A stretch of 50,485 bases of DNA, the filler included, from Ionaspis alba (Eukaryota): the NCBI GenBank assembly GCA_964255285.1. It is 2 parts of 2 records of this genome, joined end to end, with 100 filler letters (N's around TTAATTAATTAA, not from the genome) between each part and the next. Parts side by side here need not be neighbours in the genome. Positions count along the whole stretch, not along the records: positions 25,344 to 50,485 come from CAXUUL010000161.1; 1 more part is not named here. One strand, given 5' to 3'. The notes beneath the pieces are model-generated. The model did no database searches. It worked only from the letters and a program-made list of their open reading frames with translations, and was not told the origin of the DNA. This document shows, in pieces, positions 47,433-50,485 of the stretch. Position 1 is the stretch's first letter; the number at the start of each line of letters is the position of its first letter. A program made the position numbers and the translations under genes.

Positions 47433-48705
47433 TTGCCAGTTCGTCAATGCATTTACGACTCCTGCTCGCAAGCAGCCGAGCGTGATCTTGGAAACTGTAT
47501 CATCTGTTCATCTGCTTTCTGCGCTGAGCATGCCAACGCTCTGGTCTCGATAGCGAGCAGTCTTCGTGGCGGCGCCGATTGCACAATTCCTGCACTCATG
47601 GCCGATATTGACGGAAAAACTGATACTGGAGAGGCTTCACGACAGATCGGTGGTCAAGACTGCCATGTAGATATTGTCTTTGAAGATGGCGTTATCTAGC
47701 TTCTGGCTTGATGATCTTTTCCCTCCGCCGAAGCCAATGCAGGTCTACATCACCCGGAGTGAGTTTTCTACTTTGAAATTCCTGGAGACGACTGCCGTCC
47801 CTGCACCAAGAATCTTCTACTACGCCATTGAGTCTACGCAGAACCCAATGAGCGTGACATTTGTTCTGATGGAAAAGCTCCAAGGTGTTCCTCTAGAGTG
47901 GAACACTGCAACGCCGGCTCAGAGGAGCAAGGTCATGGAGCAGCCCCCCAATATCTTTTTGGAGCTGGAAAAGCATCCTTTCCGATCCAGTGGATCAATA
48001 TCTACCACTGACTCAGACCGTCCTCAAATAGGAGGATACGCGCAGATCCCACTCTTTGAGTTTCATGATACTCCTATTGGTCCATTTGATACCCTGGAGT
48101 CTTCTGTAGAAGTAAGTTATCACTACAGATGCGACCAATAGCTAATGGCGAGCTTCCTCTTCTAGCCGTCGACAACTATCTGTCGCACTGCTGGTGTAAG
48201 GAAACAGTCCCGGAGCTCCTCTCCGTCAATGATGACTCCGACTTTTTCCTCAAGCATTACGATGATGAGGGCGACCACATACTAGTGGACGAGGACTTCA
48301 ACATCACCGGCATAATCGATTGGGAGTTTGCGTCTACAGAGCCCAAAGCGCTGGTCTTTAGCAGTTCTTGTATGCTGTGGTCCGTGGAAGACTTCTATAA
48401 TGGGAGCAACGAGCTTGCCCCTGAAGACGTGGAGTCCGCCACAATATTCGAGCATTGTGGTCGCAGGAATATGGCAGATTTCGTCCGCTACGGCTGGAAG
48501 ATGCAGAGGTAGTTCTTTTTCAATGGTGGTGGCGTAGGAGGAGTTTGAGGCCTTGTTCCAAGGCTTGACACATGCTGGGGCTGATGAAGAAGACATTTCC
48601 TCGGACTTTTGTGCGAGCCGGAAGGAGGCAGCTTTGAAGAAGTGCAGCCATAATCCAGGCCTGCAGCGATTATTACGGGAGACTGATACTCAACTGCCAG
48701 GCTAG
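47433..48705 (+). pseudogene. APH/choline-kinase-like phosphotransferase pseudogene with N-terminal Cys/His motif
   Basis: Motifs C..C...CIICSSAFCAEH, GGQDCHVDIVFEDGVI*, SEFSTLKFL...VPAPRIF, VLMEKLQG and HYDDEGDHILVDEDFNITGIIDWEFA are spread over several frames. In-frame stops at 47697, 48510 and 48535, at least three frame changes, and TTG in place of ATG. Confidence 0.82.
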
Positions 48706-49511
48706 TTGATTTTCATCCAGATTTCAATATTGATTCTCCTATCCAACAGCACTAAGATAGAACGGTTCTACATCCAATATTCTCTTGGTGGAAAAGGATT
48801 CAAAAGAATGTGTGATAGATGACAGCTCCCATAGCCGACTGCTAGTGAGAGCTCATCTAAATTGGAGTGGGTGGTGCGTGACAAGCTTCAAGGAGGGGCG
48901 AATTATGTAGACATCAATAACGCGGGCAAAAGAAAATCAATGCTCAAAAGAGACACATTTCCAAAATTAATAATGCAAATATCGATGTAATTGAGCGTTC
49001 CGTTGTCATTCTCCATGCCCAGCGCCCGTTGACGTGGAAGCACTCAGGATGGAGGTCATTTTGATCCCTCATACGTTTCCCCTTTCTTTCCCCGAGTCTT
49101 CCCACTGTTTCGTGTCACCCGGTTGCCAAAATAAATGGTACACCAAACGAGAGATTTAACTGGCTCGCCCTCTTAAATCCCCTAGAAGAAGGAGATTCTA
49201 GGTGGACGAATCGGGGAGCCCGCCCGTCGTAAACGTTCCCCCGGCTGCGTAGTTATGGGAACACCACTTTTTGGAGTACCATTTATTTTGGCACCCGCGT
49301 GCGTGCCTAAACTAGCAGGTCAGTCAACTAATATAGAGCGCCACGCTCCCTAGACAATCACCTATATTAGCTCGCGCTCAGCGGGTACAGGGGACAGTTT
49401 GGAAGAGCAAGGATGGGATCTCAGGCATTGCCAAGACATATTCGCCTTCGAGTGTGAAGCACATGTTGATGCAACAACCACCTCAGACGCAATGACATAC
49501 ACACAATCCGT

Positions 49512-50485
49512 ATGATGCAACGCCTCTCAACAGTACGGCAGATCTTGTTCACTGCTCCGAAGTCAGTATCCAGGTCGCACTTCGCTACCCGGGCAGCTCG
49601 TAGCCCTCGAGTCCGTGCTCGCCCCGAGCAGCGCCCAGCACGCCCTTCAGGGAGACCGCAAGTATCGAGCTCAGGCGGAGCTCCTCCGCCTCCAGAGACA
49701 GTTTCCGCTGCCCTCCGTGATACAAACTCCGAGAACAACAACCTTCTCGCACCAGTCCACGTCGCTGAAGATCCAAATGGCATCCTCAAGGAGAGCCACC
49801 CGGCGGCGAACATCCTCGCGAACTCGGCGATTGTGGTTCAGCGGCAGCTTGAAATGATGAATGTGATGCTGGGCTTTGAGCAGGCGAACAGATATGTGAT
49901 TATGGATCCGCAGGGTAACCATCTGGGCTACATGGCGGAACAGGAGTTTGGAATGGGGAACATGATGGCGAGGCAGTGGTTCAAGACGCATCGGAGCTTT
50001 ACAACGCATGTTTTCGACAGGCACATGAAAGAGGTTCTGCGGGTATGCTGGTGCCCTTGTGCATGAAGATGTTTGTCGTGCTGATCGGTGGTACAGTTTC
50101 ACCGTCCATTTTCATACATCTCTTCACGAATCCGAGTATACGATCCTCTCGAGGTTGCCGGGTCTTCCTATTCCTCTTCTACAGCACTTCAAAACACTTC
50201 CGCCGGAGCTCTATCTACCAGCTTGAGTGATCTGCCCTCCCAGATCTCTCACCTACCTCTCTCAGACATGCGCATCATCGGCGAAACACAACAATACTGG
50301 GCACCCCTACGCCGAAAATACAATCTCTTTCTCTACCGACCACAGACGGGGCAAGACTCGACTAGACCCCGCGGCATCGCTCCGCCTTCGCCCTCCGAGT
50401 CCAGTGTTCAACAGCTACAAACATCCCCACCGCCCTCCGAACCCTCCGAAAACGCCTTCGATCAATTCGCCTACGTCGACGAGCC
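49512..50485 (+). CDS. AIM25: Phospholipid scramblase family protein (Aim25-like, mitochondrial); runs off the window end
   Basis: Arg-rich presequence, LANSAIVVQRQLEMMNVMLGFEQANRYVIMDPQG, RQWFKTHRSF, intron ~50044-50097, then FHRPFSYISSRI and IIGETQQYWAPLRRKYNLF. Confidence 0.85.

Noticed and set aside
45280..48705. Secondary-metabolite or detoxification cluster (SDR + phosphotransferase)
   Set aside because: No backbone enzyme, transporter or cluster regulator is present, and the phosphotransferase is dead.

Overview
Intron-containing genomic DNA from a filamentous ascomycete (Pezizomycotina), about 24 genes or gene remnants. Left part: a 5'-truncated Ser/Thr-rich single-pass membrane protein, an intronless S53 sedolisin/aorsin-type peptidase, a decayed minus-strand locus with a duplicated transmembrane motif, an AAAP amino-acid permease, PSO2/SNM1, LSM2, the developmental bZIP regulator flbB (with polyQ and a GC-AG intron), a ~1190-aa single-pass protein split by a false gap, MRPL37/mL54 and COX17. 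An artificial contig linker (N44-TTAATTAATTAA-N44, 25244-25343) then joins a probably unlinked contig. Right part: a divergently transcribed DUF6594 / retropepsin-like protease pair, CAF-1 large subunit (RLF2/CAC1), glucosylceramide synthase, an MFS sugar porter, a WW protein, a YAR1-like ankyrin protein, a PQ-loop transporter, GTR1, an uncharacterised C-terminal 2-TM protein, SPO11, an SDR, an APH-like phosphotransferase pseudogene and the 5' part of an AIM25-like scramblase. I found no rRNA, tRNA, CRISPR or intact mobile element. The best candidate for an undescribed system is the head-to-head DUF6594 + stand-alone retropepsin pair; that link is inference only. Family assignments come from motif recognition, not database searches.
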